Positions 23,021 to 35,457 of a stretch of 64,000 nt of DNA are shown in pieces (positions within the stretch are counted from its first letter, which is position 1; each line of letters begins with the position of its first letter). A program made the translations under genes and the position numbers. Location: IMG/VR virus record IMGVR_UViG_3300045988_043972, positions 1-64,000 of that record, one strand, 5' to 3'. The notes under the pieces were generated by a model. That model did not search any database and was not told the DNA's origin. It saw nothing but the letters and a program-made list of their open reading frames with translations. Source of the stretch: a virus.

Positions 23021-26000
23021 TTTGTTATAACTATTATATCATTACCATTGTTAATTTCTCCATTACCACCTATAGCTGTAGGAGGATTGCTACTACTAGG
23101 TATATTCACATTGTACTTACCTGCTTCTGTAAATAAATAGTTAATCTTCTTAGTAGTACATTGAATATTATTAGCAGATATCTTATAGATAGTATAGAAA
23201 GGATATCTCTGTCCAGCATTTACTTTAGCTGTAATATCTGTCTGACTAGTTTGTGTAATAGTAGCTGGGAAGAAGTAATGATCCCATGGAGTATATGGTG
23301 ATGGTAACTCTTTATTAGATGTGTGTTTATAACCTGTAGCCTGATTAGTAATGTATACAGGAGCATCAATCTTATCTACTAACTCGAATGTACATAGATG
23401 TTTCTGTGTCTTATACGCATCATTACCAATCCAAGTCGATGGGAATAACTGTCCTGACAATTGACTATCAGAAGTATCTTCAGCTAATGTAGTAGTACCA
23501 AATGATTCCTGTAACATCTCTTCTGTTACTTGGATAATAGGTTTCATAGTACTATTAGGATTCTCCTTCAATGGGAATGTAGCTGCATAAGTATGTTTAT
23601 GACCACCGATAGCTAATCTAATATCATTGTTCTGACAGAACTTACTAAACCAATACTTATCTTCAGCTAGAGTATTATAGTTCAAGTGACTACCAGATCT
23701 CTCAATCTTAGGATTCTCTACATTATCCCAGTAGAAATTACTGATTACATTCTGAGTGATTATAGTAAATGGCAACTCATGAGTGAACGCTATCTTCCAA
23801 TTCTTATCAGAATTCTTATTAATATCATTCTGACACCATGTTTTCATCTTAGAGTATACTAGACCATTAGTACTCAAGCCATATACATTCTTCTCAGTAC
23901 CATCTGTAATCTCAGAGTTAATAGCCATGAAGTGAGTATTACCATAGTTGAATGAGTAAAGAGAATCTATGAATACTTCTTTATCTTCTATAGTAAAGAT
24001 AGGTGGATTCTCTTCATCTATTTCAAAAGTATAGAAGAATGACAAGTTCTTAGGATTAATCTTAGAACTATCACCACCATTACCTAACTGATAGATATTA
24101 GCAGGACACAAGTCATTGTTACCAATAACAGGCATTTCTTCGAAATCTCTCATAGCTTGTCTACCGGTATAGTAATCAATCCATTCATTAACGCGATTAC
24201 CATTCTGTGTCATATCACCAGTATTTACTGTGAACTCCATATCAGCTACATTGTCTTTGATGTATTCAGCAGATGATTTCCATATCTGATATTCATCCCA
24301 TCTAAATCCCTATTGGTCTGATACTTGAACAAAGGTGAATTCATCTGATCCTTCACGTACAGTAAAATGTAATACTTCACTTTCGTAATTCTCATCTCTA
24401 ACTACCTTGTAATCGTATACTCCAGCACTTAGATTTTTGATTATTACTTTATGAGTAGTGAATGCTGTACCATCGGTAAACTCAGATCTAATTCTATTAT
24501 AATACTTTCTAATACCAGATTCATTTTTGAATGATTCTACTTTGTTCCATTCTGATTCTCCTTGCTTCTTATACCATAAGAATTCGTCATGATACTCAGT
24601 AGATATCCAGTTAAAGCATCTAGTAGCATTAGGAGCAGTTGCTTGAATACCAAAAGTACATGTAATATAGTTCGGTTTAGTAGTATCTAGTTTGGTTTTA
24701 TTATAGAATATATTTTTATGCTCATAAGTAGCCTTAGGAGTATAAGATTCTATCATAGGAATAATATCTTTAGTCAAATCTACGAAATACCAATCATTGG
24801 CATTATTTCTCTTATCCAACGATTTAGTAGCTTGACTTACTGGGTCCATACTATAATACTTAGTAAATAATCTGTTGGAATTGAGATAAGCATATGGATT
24901 ATTTTCTTTAGCATCAATAGTATCTGCATCACCGGCATTTTCTTTATTTAATCCCACTAAATCTATATATCCTTTACTTACTTTATAACTTCCTCCAACA
25001 TTACTGTATGGAGATGCTACACTAGAAGGAGTATTACCCCAAGTAAGATAAAACTTTGCTTTAGTATTATCAAACTTAATTAACTATCCGTCTTTAGCAT
25101 ACCATTCCATATCATAACTGTTTACTTTGATACGAGTAGTATTTGCGTCCATTACAGAACACTATGCTCCTCTAATGAGGAACGTTTCTCCTTTCTTAAT
25201 TAGCCCTTCAAGAGGGAGAACCTCCCAATTAGTTCCACCACTAGAATACTGTAATGATAAACCATTAAGATTGATATCAGCATCAGTCAAATTGGATAGT
25301 TCTACAAAGTTATGAGAACAATAATTATATGAGTGTTCGTCTGTGGTTAATCCACCACAATACAAACTATTAATGTACAATTTCTGTAAATACAGAGATG
25401 TTACGTACACCCAACCTGTAGAAGGATCTGTTTGTCCTCCAGTTGGTTCTGCTTGAGGTGTATCGAGTTCTTTCATGTAAACAATAAGTTTACCATCATT
25501 ACTTACCTTAACACGATAAGTTTGTCCACTTGGAGCTACAAATCCAATATAGTCCAGTTTATCTAAATCATCTTTAGTCATGCCTTCATCTCCTGGGTCT
25601 GGGTCTTCACCTCCACCACCTCCGGATTTATTAATCCATACAAGGTTACCTTCACTTTTAATATAAAGTCTTTGGGTATCGGTACACCACAATAATTCAT
25701 TATTTAAAAATTTATCTTGATTAGCTAGCAGATCTGTGTATTTACCTGCCTTAATGCATAGGTGTTTAAGATTAGGTATCATTGTTTCAGCATATGTTGG
25801 GTACTCTGGATCTCTAGCTGTATTAGTTCCTATATATTTTAGGTTCTATTCTTCTGTATACTCTACAGGCTATTCTGGGTCTACACTAGTAATTACATCG
25901 GCTGTATTATTAGTAAAATCTCCTGAACTCAACTGATTGTTAAATGCATATTCATACTTTTTAATTTGCTATTGAATAGCATTAACAGCTTGTATTAAGC

Positions 26001-26397
26001 TCTGTAAATCTTCATTTACATATTCAGGAATTGATTTCTCGGAGTCATCTGCCCATATGTCATTAGTATCTAAAGGCGGAGTATCTGATATAACAATGTT
26101 AGTACCTCCATCACCACTCCCGCCTTGCACTACTGACCAACCTCTACTATTATTTCTATTTTCCCAGCTGATTAATTGGTAATAAGCCTATGAACTCTGT
26201 ACAAACCACCTCTAACCTATAGCATCATTATTAGTGTTATCTTTACTTTCGCTAAGTATAGAATCAGAAATAGTATACAGATCACTAGTAGTAAAAACCT
26301 ATTTATGCCCAGAAACCTATGTCGCATTAACTGCCCCATAGGCTTTAGGGTTATTACTACCAATCTTCGACGGGAATGTGATTATACTCTCTGTCAT
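23017..26397 (-). CDS. 1126-aa tail protein with a metallophosphoesterase-like domain (10 TAG)
   Basis: Joins track ORFs 23017..24240, 24310..24957 and 25162..25782 up to ATG 26397. Ordered motifs VSDQ, GDMTQNG, GNND, GGHKH. ATGA overlaps at both ends. Confidence 0.8.
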
Positions 26398-27416
26398 TTA
26401 AAGTTTAGTTTAGCATTAGTAAATGCTCCTGGATTAGCAGAAGTATATACTCTCATTGTTAATTTAAGTCCTGTATCAGTTGTGAATGATTCTTCACTAT
26501 AGTTAAATGCTTGTGTAACATTATAAGCATCATTCTAAGTAATAGTAGTCAGCTTAGGAAAATTACTAGGATATTTGTACACAAAATATTCACTGCCACT
26601 GGTGGTTATGTTAGATATAGTTATGTTGTTAGAAGAAACTAATTGTTTATTCATATCACCTTCTACTCCATAATAAGCAGGATATAGGAATGTAATTTTA
26701 CTATTCACTGTTTCTTCGTCATCTCCAGTAGCTGGTACTAACTGTCCATCTACTACTTCATAACCAGTCTTAGGAGCTTTAAGTGTTACATAGTAATTAG
26801 CATTAGATAATGTTTCCATCTCTACTGTAGGAGATTGTATTCCATCTTCTGTTAATTCACTAAATACATTACTTTCCATAGTTTCAGGATCTTTATAATT
26901 TTTCTTTGATTGCCACATATAGTTACCACTCCATTTATAGGTATCCCCTATTTCAGTATTAATGTTTAGTGAGTTACTAGTATTACCAGTTCTTTTATTA
27001 GTCCACTATACTGTCATGATTGGTTTAACTAGAGGAGTGTTTGTTTCCATTTCTCCTCCACCTCCGCCTGTAACTTCACTCCATTTAGCATTCTGTCTAG
27101 CATACTACTTACCATCAATCGGAGCTTCTTCTATACCTCCTCCTAATTGGAATAGGTTGTATATTACTCTACCGTGTAAACATTCAGGTTCTGTATAAGG
27201 AGTGAACAAATTACATATAGTAGTAAATCCTAGTGGAATGTCGGTCCCTATCTGTCTTTCGCAATGACAGATCATAGCTTTCAACATCTACCGATCTTGA
27301 ACGAAATCTACTTTACTAAGTAAAGATGTTAGTTCATTTACACAGATAGATGCTAAAACATCTCTGTAATTTATTTTAACAGAATATCTCAATTGCTTAT
27401 CTATCGCATTTTTCAT
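26394..27416 (-). CDS. Hypothetical tail-module protein, 340 aa (4 TAG)
   Basis: Frame runs from ATG 27416 (TAATG overlap) to TGA 26396-26394. Joins track ORFs 27105..27287 and 26535..26918. Confidence 0.65.
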
Positions 27417-30136
27417 TAGAGTTGTAACATTTTATAAGTAACACTTCCCACGGTCCAATTATCTACAATAGAAACCACCCTATTTTGATTTGGACTTATC
27501 AACACTAACTCATTTACATAACCAGCATTAGATATTCCATCGAAATCAACAGCAGTATCATTCGGTACTCTTATCTTTGTTAATGTAACAGAACTATATT
27601 TAGAGGGCAATATAACTCCATAATATAAATCTCCAAGATAACAAAAAGCTTTGAAACAACCGGAAAAGTAATTTGTTATCAAAAGAGGGGTATCTGATAT
27701 ATTTGTAACAGTATATGCCGACCATTGCTTTTCAGCACTAGCAATATCGTATATCCAACCACTACCAACACTTATATGTTGATGTGTACCTTTCCCCATT
27801 ATGTCATCTACACTTCTATTTACACTTATATTACCTCCACCTAGTGTTACATAAAAATAACTAGAATTATCTACTAATTTGGTTTGTTCCTTGTATGCAC
27901 CTTTTATATATGCATTCCTAGCAACCACTTTACCTGTAAGTCCATTTACATAGAAGTTAGGCTAAAAACTTCCTGAATCAGGGCTATCTGGATTGAAGTC
28001 CTCATAATTATTAGAACTATCTCCATCACTATTAACACCTTCTTGACTAAACATGTAATTTCCATTAAACACAAACTTACCTAATGTACCGTTATCTGCA
28101 ATCAATAACTTAGCGTATACAGCTTCAAACTTTTCCATTGGTATCCATGTAGCATGTTCGCCGTATTGTTCATAGTCATCTGCAGGAGTTTTACCATCAT
28201 TCTATGAACCAGTCCAACTAGTGGTTACGTTCATAACATAATATGTTTCTCCATATAATACGTATGGTGCTTTAGTATCAGTAGCTGTATAAGTTACTGT
28301 AGCGTCATATATACCAGCAGGATATACAATTCTACCATCTCTACCGTCTTTTCCATTGGTACCATTAGTACCATCTGCTCCTCTAAATAGACTCCAAGTA
28401 TAGACCATTGCATCTGTACTTTCAGATGCTGTATCTTTATTTACTGCTATACCGATATACTTAGTATTCTAATTAGGTATATCATATATAGTACTAGATG
28501 AAGAAGAAGGCATAGTGTCTGCGTACTTAATCCAAGTGTATAATGTTTTACCGTCTTCTCCAGCAGGACCAGCTACTCCATCTTTACCTGTTATCTTTGA
28601 CCATGTATAATCACTAGGATTATTACTTTCAGATGCTGTTTCTTTGTTGTAAGCTAAGCCTATATAACTTTTACCATCAGGACTATTGCTTATACCTGTA
28701 CCATTTGCATCTTCTGCATATCTGATCCAAGTATATAATGTTTTACCATCCTATCCTGCTGGACCTGGTACTCCTTGTGGTCCATCATTACCTGTATCCC
28801 CTTTATCTCCTTTATTCTTCTGCCATTTATATACTAAAGGATCCTACGAATCTGCTACAGTATGATCAGCATAAGTACCTATGAATGGTTTCATAACAGT
28901 ATATCCACTAGTAGTGAATCCGTATACCTATGCTACGTTGCCCATACTATCTGTTACAACATTGTCTGCAAATGCTATATGTACATATGCGGAATCACCA
29001 GCTGGACCTTTGATACCACCTATATTATTCCATCTTAATCCATCCCATACATATAAATTTCCATTTACTACGTAGGCATCTCCAGGTTGAGCTGATTCTG
29101 GCAATTGATCTTCTGATGCTACTTCTCCTTTTATATTAACAGATGTACCATCATTCCCATCCTTACCTGGTTCTCCCTTCTCTCCCCATTTTGCCCATAA
29201 AGCAGGATTACTGAATTCACTCCAAATTCCTTCTTTGTACTTTCTAACACATACCCATTCGTACATGTTATCTTCATTAACCCCTGTAGGGTCATCTGTC
29301 CAACCATCTGGAACAAATTCATCTTCTTGACTTACTTCAGTAGGTCTGTCAGGTGAAACGTTAGTAATAGTTCTTTTATAAATATATTCTACTCCATCAC
29401 CATCTTTACCATTAGCTCCCCATTTAGCCCATACTGTAGGTCCATTCCAATCTGACCATACGTCTTCTGTCTTTATTCTATTACACATCCATTCGTATGG
29501 AGTACCTTCGGTAATACCGGTAGGGTTATTATTCCATCCTTCTGGTACATTACCATCTACATTTACGCTACTGGGTTTATCAGCACTAGTCGGTGTTCTA
29601 TTAGATGTTTTATATATGAACTCTATGGATTTACCATCTTGTCCATCTTTACCATTTTCTCCAGTTAATCTTATCGGAGTAGACCATTCTCCCTAAATAG
29701 AACCATCGGTTTGAAATACTGCCCAAGACATCCAAATAGTACCTACCATGTCTTGATCTGTTGTATACCAACCTGTTGGAGGAGTAAAAATATTAGTATC
29801 TAAGTTCCAACTACCACCCACTGGTTTGCTAGGTTCGCTTTCGCTAGACTTAAAGACAAATGCAGTAAGGTTAGATGGAACACTTGTACCAGGTTTACCG
29901 TCTTCTCCCTTATCTCCTTTTTCACCTTTGAATTCTCGCCACTTTCCTGTGAGTTCGTCAGCAACATTACCAACATTAAATTTATAGTGTTTATCAGTGG
30001 ATATGCAATAAGATATATGTCCTTCGTCGATATCCTCATCACGAACATTTCTCATGTCCTCTAATGTAGTAAATTGGTCTCTAGTAAAGTTAGGCAATTT
30101 ACTTCTATGTTCAAAGTTGTCTATAATTTGTATCAT
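27416..30136 (-). CDS. 906-aa collagen-like tail fibre (7 TAG)
   Basis: Gly-X-Y runs include GEKGDKGEDGKPG, GENGKDGQDGK, GANGKDGDG, GEKGEPGKDGNDG and GADGTNGTNGKDGRDG. Three P-x-GW..YEW modules and two DGKTLYTWI[RK]YA modules. All gaps scanned contain only TAG. Confidence 0.8.
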
Positions 30137-30142
30137 ATATCT

Positions 30143-31300
30143 TTAATTAAATGTTATTTTGTAATTTGTTACTGTAGATGGTGTCTTAAGAACATAGACG
30201 TAATACATCTCATCATTGATTGCTATTTCAGTATAAACATAAGAACCATTCAAATTTTGATTACTCATATCTCTAATATCAGTTAGCATACCAAATGCTT
30301 TCGGATATGCATAACAGTTCTTCTAAGCGTTCTGTGTAAATGTAGGGGTAGCGTAGGTCTTAGTATTCTTTATAATATCACCACTACTAAGTTCCTTCAC
30401 TAGTTCTTCTGTAGGTACAAAATTACTAGGAACTACTCCAAAATATGATGGATTAACAAATCTTGCTGTAACTGTACCAGTATACTCGATCCCATCTTTA
30501 GTGGCTTTGATCACATAATCAGTATCTACACCTACATCTAGGTATGTCTTACTAGTCTATGAAGGAGCTACAGACTCTCCATTAATAGTTAATGTATCAG
30601 GTGTAGCAGTCGTAGTACCTTGTACAAATGACCATCTAACAGTAACTGAAGAAGTAGTGCCTTTCTTATATACTCCACCTCCACTAACTGTAAATTTATA
30701 TGGGAACATAGCTTCTTCCAATCTCTTTACTCTTTCTTCTAAATCACTAAGATCTCCTCCACTTCCTGTACCTGATTCCTACCAAGTACCATCAAATGTA
30801 GCATCTCCTTTATTACTTATAGTACCATATGCCATAGTATCTGTACCTACTATAGTACCTGCATTTAAAGTACCTCCTTTAAAGTATAGTGCACATCCTT
30901 CTGGCATAGTAATAGTATCATCACCTAAATAGAAATCATACTCTATTACATATAATGTATTAGCCTAATTGAAGTCTTCCTATGTGATTATATTGTCTTT
31001 TCTCTTGCGTAGTATAATATAACCCATACCACTATTTTGTGTAGGGTTATACTCTTTATTTGCAAATTTAATACGTAGATTCTCATCTACCATTAAATCC
31101 TCATTATCAGCTGTAATTATGCTTAATGGTTGCCAATAGGTCTTATTGTCAATACTAATGTTAGCTGGTACATCTTTAATGGATATGAAAGATCTATATG
31201 CAGAGTCATATACTAAGCATAGTCTATCATATGTTCTAGCACTATCGTGTAGACCATCTGTTGTTAAGGTTACTTTACCAAGTAATTTTGTGTATTCCAT
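30143..31300 (-). CDS. 385-aa tail protein with N-terminal beta-helix-like module (5 TAG)
   Basis: Frame runs from ATG 31300 to TAA 30145-30143. ..NTLYVIEYDFYLGDDTITMPEGCALYFKGGTLNAGTIVG.. resembles pectate-lyase-type tailspike N-termini (from memory). Confidence 0.65.
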
Positions 31301-31559
31301 TGTAAAACAGTTTAGTATCAGGTTTATTGAAATCCGTAACCTCTTTATCATAGAACGTAATCTATTGATCAGCTGGGTCCACTTCTACTTCAGGATATTT
31401 AACATAGTCAGATATTATTACTAAATTACCTTTGTAATCTACAGTTACATAGAAGAATTGATTAAGAGGTTGGATGCAGTTTTTATTACAGGGAACACAT
31501 CCCGTTAAAGCACACTTTACATTCCTAGCATCCATTATTATCACATTTTTTATTAACAT
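31275..31559 (-). CDS. Small Cys-containing protein, 94 aa (1 TAG)
   Basis: Track ORF 31362..31559, then TAG, then 28 codons to TAA 31277-31275. It overlaps both neighbours in other frames, so it is uncertain. Confidence 0.35.
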
Positions 31560-32112
31560 TAACGCCCATTAAGCGCACCAAATCTAAATAATATTGCATA
31601 GCTTCTTTATTATGAGAAGTAGCAATAGCCTATTCTAAAAGCTGTCTTTTAAAGACTAATATCATTACCTTCTGCATTTGCTTATCATCTAAGCAAGTGT
31701 TACAATAACCATGTAACATCTTTATCTCTGCTTCATATAACGTATTAGGATCGTAGATTATGCCATCTATGTAATCGTTAACATAATTCTCTGTAGTGCA
31801 GTATAATTTGATATACTTCATGTTAGAATCAAAACTACTAATTATATCAGAAGTAATAGATACTTCATAAGCATATACAGTAGTAATTAGTTCTGGTTCA
31901 CCTTCTCTAACAATTGGAGTTACAGATATGGCACTATTCGTAGAATCAAATACATAATCCTGCAGCTTAGGATCATCGCTATACAGGTTCTTAATATTAC
32001 TGCATTCATTTATGTATACTATTACTTGTGAACTATTGGTAATGGATACATCTGCTATAATATTAAACTTCAGTATGTTATCCTTTATATTTGCATCAAC
32101 TATTTTATTCAT
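31486..32112 (-). CDS. Hypothetical protein, 208 aa (2 TAG)
   Basis: Track ORF 31630..32154 read from ATG 32112 (downstream of the terminator stem) through 2 TAG to TAA 31488-31486. C-terminus is Cys-rich. Confidence 0.55.
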
Positions 32113-32122
32113 ATTATAAAAA

Positions 32123-32166
32123 TAAAAAAAGTGGAGTGGGAAGGAATAATCCAACCCGCCCCACTT
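32123..32166 (-). terminator. Rho-independent terminator after the 326-aa gene
   Basis: Minus strand has AGTGGGGCGGG..CCCACTCCACT (about 10 bp) followed by TTTTTTTATTTTT. Confidence 0.65.
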
Positions 32167-32187
32167 AGTTATTACAGTAATTTATTA

Positions 32188-33168
32188 TTAGGCTGCTTTA
32201 CCTGCGATAAATGCTTCGATACCTTTAGCAACGATAGAACTAGCAAAACCACTTGAATGCTTAACATACAGTTCAGTAGTAAGCGGAGTAGTTTTGATAT
32301 ATTGATTATCATTACTCAAATACAGGTTATCGTTTTCGATAGTAATATAGTCGTAAGTTGCACCTTCTTCTACCATTCTAGCCTGTTCTACTTCAGGATA
32401 AGCTCCAGTAAATACATGACCTTGGTATCCCATGAAACGTACTTCAGCGTCACGTACTTGTTTCCAGTAACCTTTACCAGGATTACCAGGAGTCTTAACG
32501 ATAGTAGCACCAGGGATTGCAGTAGGCTGATTAGCCAGCAATGCACCAGGAACAGTAGTATACAAGGTAGCTTCCATGCTAACTACAGAGTATTCACTCA
32601 ATGAGTAAACTCCTTCATTATCGTCTTTTTCCATAGCTGTCAAAGTAATAACAGCAGCAGAAGCCTGAGCTTGGATTCTACGATTTTTGTGTTTGTTAAT
32701 CTTCTTAACAATAGCAGCTGCCAAAGCTTCAGCATCATCAGAATCAGCATATACTTCATAAGTATGAGTAAACTGACCTGGAGCTTCATAGATATCTTTG
32801 TAAACCATTCTCAGAACATATCTATGACCAGCAACGATAGTAGCGTCAGTCAAAGTAATAACAATTTTGTCCTGAACAGGTGCTACATATTCACCAATAA
32901 CTGCACTCGGTTTAGAAGCTTTTTGGATTTCATTACCGAATTTAATATTAGCTTTCTGAGCAACTGTACCATCTGGCATAGTTACATTAATCTTATTTTG
33001 AGCAACTCCTACGTAAAGAGAAGTAGCATTAACTGCATCAGCAGCAGTCTTAATGATAGCTCTATTCTGGTCGAACAAAGCAACGTCGCCTGCACTCAAA
33101 GCATCAGCAGTTGTATATGATGCCGGCAGATTTTTACCAATTAGGATATAATCCACATGTTGAAGCAT
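32188..33168 (-). CDS. Probable abundant virion protein, 326 aa (auxiliary capsid/decoration candidate)
   Basis: Intact ORF with no TAG and visibly higher G+C. It has a long upstream leader and a strong terminator. The function call rests on context only. Confidence 0.8.
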   Translation of the reverse strand: MLQHVDYILIGKNLPASYTTADALSAGDVALFDQNRAIIKTAADAVNATSLYVGVAQNKINVTMPDGTVAQKANIKFGNEIQKASKPSAVIGEYVAPVQDKIVITLTDATIVAGHRYVLRMVYKDIYEAPGQFTHTYEVYADSDDAEALAAAIVKKINKHKNRRIQAQASAAVITLTAMEKDDNEGVYSLSEYSVVSMEATLYTTVPGALLANQPTAIPGATIVKTPGNPGKGYWKQVRDAEVRFMGYQGHVFTGAYPEVEQARMVEEGATYDYITIENDNLYLSNDNQYIKTTPLTTELYVKHSSGFASSIVAKGIEAFIAGKAA

Positions 33169-33291
33169 AATTATATATTTTATTTAGTTTAACAATGTGC
33201 GCTCATGTAAACTTTTTTGTTCATGTACTACTTTCCTTATTTCAGATTTCCACGCCCATGAACGCGTTTATTATTCGTCAGATTTATCTGA

Positions 33292-33933
33292 CTATTTAGT
33301 TGAAGCCGCTTCTGACAGATATAGTCTAACTGCCGCATCAACAATTTCTTGGTGAGTTACTTCTGGTAACTCTGTATATTCTTTCACTAGATCCTTACCT
33401 AAATCTTTTGCATTTCTTAAGTAAGTAAGTATATACTTAGTAATACCGTAATTTCCATCAGTAATCAAGACTATCTTGTTCTCCGTATATAGGCGAACAG
33501 GTCTGGCTTGATTGTGGTGGAGGTGGTATTCTGACAAACTATTTTCTAGAATTCTGTCTACTGTTTCTATGGTAGCTTCTAATACGTCCCTGGTTCTAAC
33601 TACTAACAATGGGCAAGCATTAGAATAAATATCAATAAATGTTTCTTCACCTAGTGCAAACAAATAGTTATTTGGATAGCTAGTTGACCATCTATTATCC
33701 TCTACCATAAAGTCAGATTTAGTATAGATAGTCTTATCTACCAATGTACGTAATTTATCAGTTATCTCTTGATTCTGCTGAAATACTCTATACAACTATT
33801 TCACATACTCATCTTTAGCACGATTTATATATGAAAAGATAGTATCTGAATTAAGTTTAGTAGTAGTATTATACCCAGGTATTAAAGTCTACAACTATCT
33901 TTCAAACTGTATTTGAAAATCTCTCTCACGCAT
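33292..33933 (-). CDS. Connector/head-completion-like protein, 213 aa (3 TAG)
   Basis: Frame runs from ATG 33933 to the stop at 33292. Looks paralogous to 33957..34634 (C-termini ..EIVDAAVRLYLSEAAS versus ..EVINRAVVLALENIES). Confidence 0.55.
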
Positions 33934-33956
33934 AATTATTCAGATAATTGGTTTAA

Positions 33957-34634
33957 CTATAACTTTCCAGCAGTTCTTTGTGATTCTATATTCTCTAATG
34001 CCAGTACTACAGCTCTGTTTATTACTTCAGTCATTACATCATTAGGTAAATCTAGCTCTTCGTCTGGCTTAGTATAATCAAAAGGAGTAGGCTTCTTTAT
34101 ATAAGTAATATCAACAGCATATTTATTATCTGTAGGTCTATATAACTCATCTTCCATCAATATAGGATCAACATATATTAACAGTTGATTATCCTCTATT
34201 GCAGATACTGGGTATTCTACCCATGGAGTATTATTATATGTCTACTTAAATAATCCAGCTGTATTATGATCTACTAGTAAACAGTTAGTAGGATAATCAC
34301 CATACTTCAGCATTACACTCCATATAGTAAGTCTTTCTCCGTCCTTGTGCACATTATCTAATACGAATTCGTTGAATTCTCTTCTATTAGCAGTTACATT
34401 CTTATCTGTACGTACTAATGCATCTAGTTCTGATATTCTCTATTGAGAACCTTCAAATCCTACTTTAAGTACATTGTTACCACTAATCTTATTACTTATG
34501 ATCTCATCCTATCCTTGGTTAAGAAATAAGTCTATTTCCTATGGTAAAAATGCGGGAGCACCACCGAAGGCAACCCCCTAAGCATTCTTATCAAGGATAA
34601 CTTTAAACTAAATATGTGCAGTACGATTATTCAT
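33957..34634 (-). CDS. Connector/head-completion-like protein, 225 aa (6 TAG)
   Basis: Hand scan from ATG 34634 (TAATG overlap) to the stop at 33957 found 6 in-frame TAG and no TAA/TGA. Confidence 0.55.
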
Positions 34635-35386
34635 TATTTAGACTTAATTTCATTAAGAATTGCCATCTTAATATCATTATTCTTTTTATCTTTCAAATAA
34701 GCAACTACATCATCAAGACCATTACCAATCAAGTCTGTTCCAAAATAATAGTTAGCTCTATTCTTTCTAATAATGTTTTTAGAGATAGCTTCTTCGATTA
34801 CGAAGTGAATTTCTTTATTAGGGTTTTCAACCCATTTCATCATAAAGTTCTTAGGTGAGTTTTCGATCTGTTCAGTCATCTTAGCTTCAATAAGCTCATT
34901 AGACATAGTATCAGATTTAATACCATACAGTCTCAAACACTTACGCATATCTTCAATAGACATCTTATCCATCTCTCTATATGCATCACGTTTAACTTTA
35001 TTGATCTTGTTAGCTTCTTCAGCTTCACTATCCTTATTAATCATTACATAGTCACTAGATGGTTTAATGTTATTAAGACCATTAGCTACTCTTTTATGAC
35101 TTTTAAGGAACAAATATTGCAGTTCATCGTAAGGATTTTCTGTGTGCAAGATCAAATCTTTTTTACCAATCTGACATGCAAATGTTTTCCAATAATTACT
35201 ATTTGGAGAGAGTTCTCCTTCCTGATAACCAATTTCTTTTTCTAGACGTCTTGCTTGTTCTTCAGTAAGACCTGTATAACGATTACCTGATCTTGTCCAA
35301 TAAGATCCAACATAATCAAAACATGTGGGCCATTTAGTAATCCCGGTCCAAGGATTTGTTTTAATGATTCTAACGATTACTTCCAT
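34634..35386 (-). CDS. Conserved-looking hypothetical head-module protein, 250 aa
   Basis: Intact track ORF with no TAG. Confidence 0.7.
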   Translation of the reverse strand: MEVIVRIIKTNPWTGITKWPTCFDYVGSYWTRSGNRYTGLTEEQARRLEKEIGYQEGELSPNSNYWKTFACQIGKKDLILHTENPYDELQYLFLKSHKRVANGLNNIKPSSDYVMINKDSEAEEANKINKVKRDAYREMDKMSIEDMRKCLRLYGIKSDTMSNELIEAKMTEQIENSPKNFMMKWVENPNKEIHFVIEEAISKNIIRKNRANYYFGTDLIGNGLDDVVAYLKDKKNNDIKMAILNEIKSK

Positions 35387-35416
35387 AATATCAAATATTA
35401 GATTATCTAGTTAGGT

Positions 35417-35432
35417 GGGGCCCGAAGGCCCC
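35417..35432. terminator. GC hairpin after the capsid gene
   Basis: GGGGCC-CGAA-GGCCCC. The T-tract (TTTATTTT) is on the plus side and only an A-tract precedes it on the minus strand, so it may be a stabiliser or bidirectional terminator. Confidence 0.4.
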
Positions 35433-35457
35433 TTTATTTTGGATTCCAGAGTGTAAA

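Noticed and set aside
29131-30048. Alternative-frame minus-strand ORFs 29131..29322 and 29800..30048
   Set aside because: They are embedded in the collagen-like fibre gene in a different frame. Their translations are repeat artefacts of the Gly-X-Y coding sequence.
15077-31351. Reading the many short minus-strand ORFs as decayed pseudogenes or separate small genes
   Set aside because: The fragments share frames. Every interruption I scanned is TAG, with none being TAA or TGA. The fused products have coherent domain structure and coupled start/stop overlaps.
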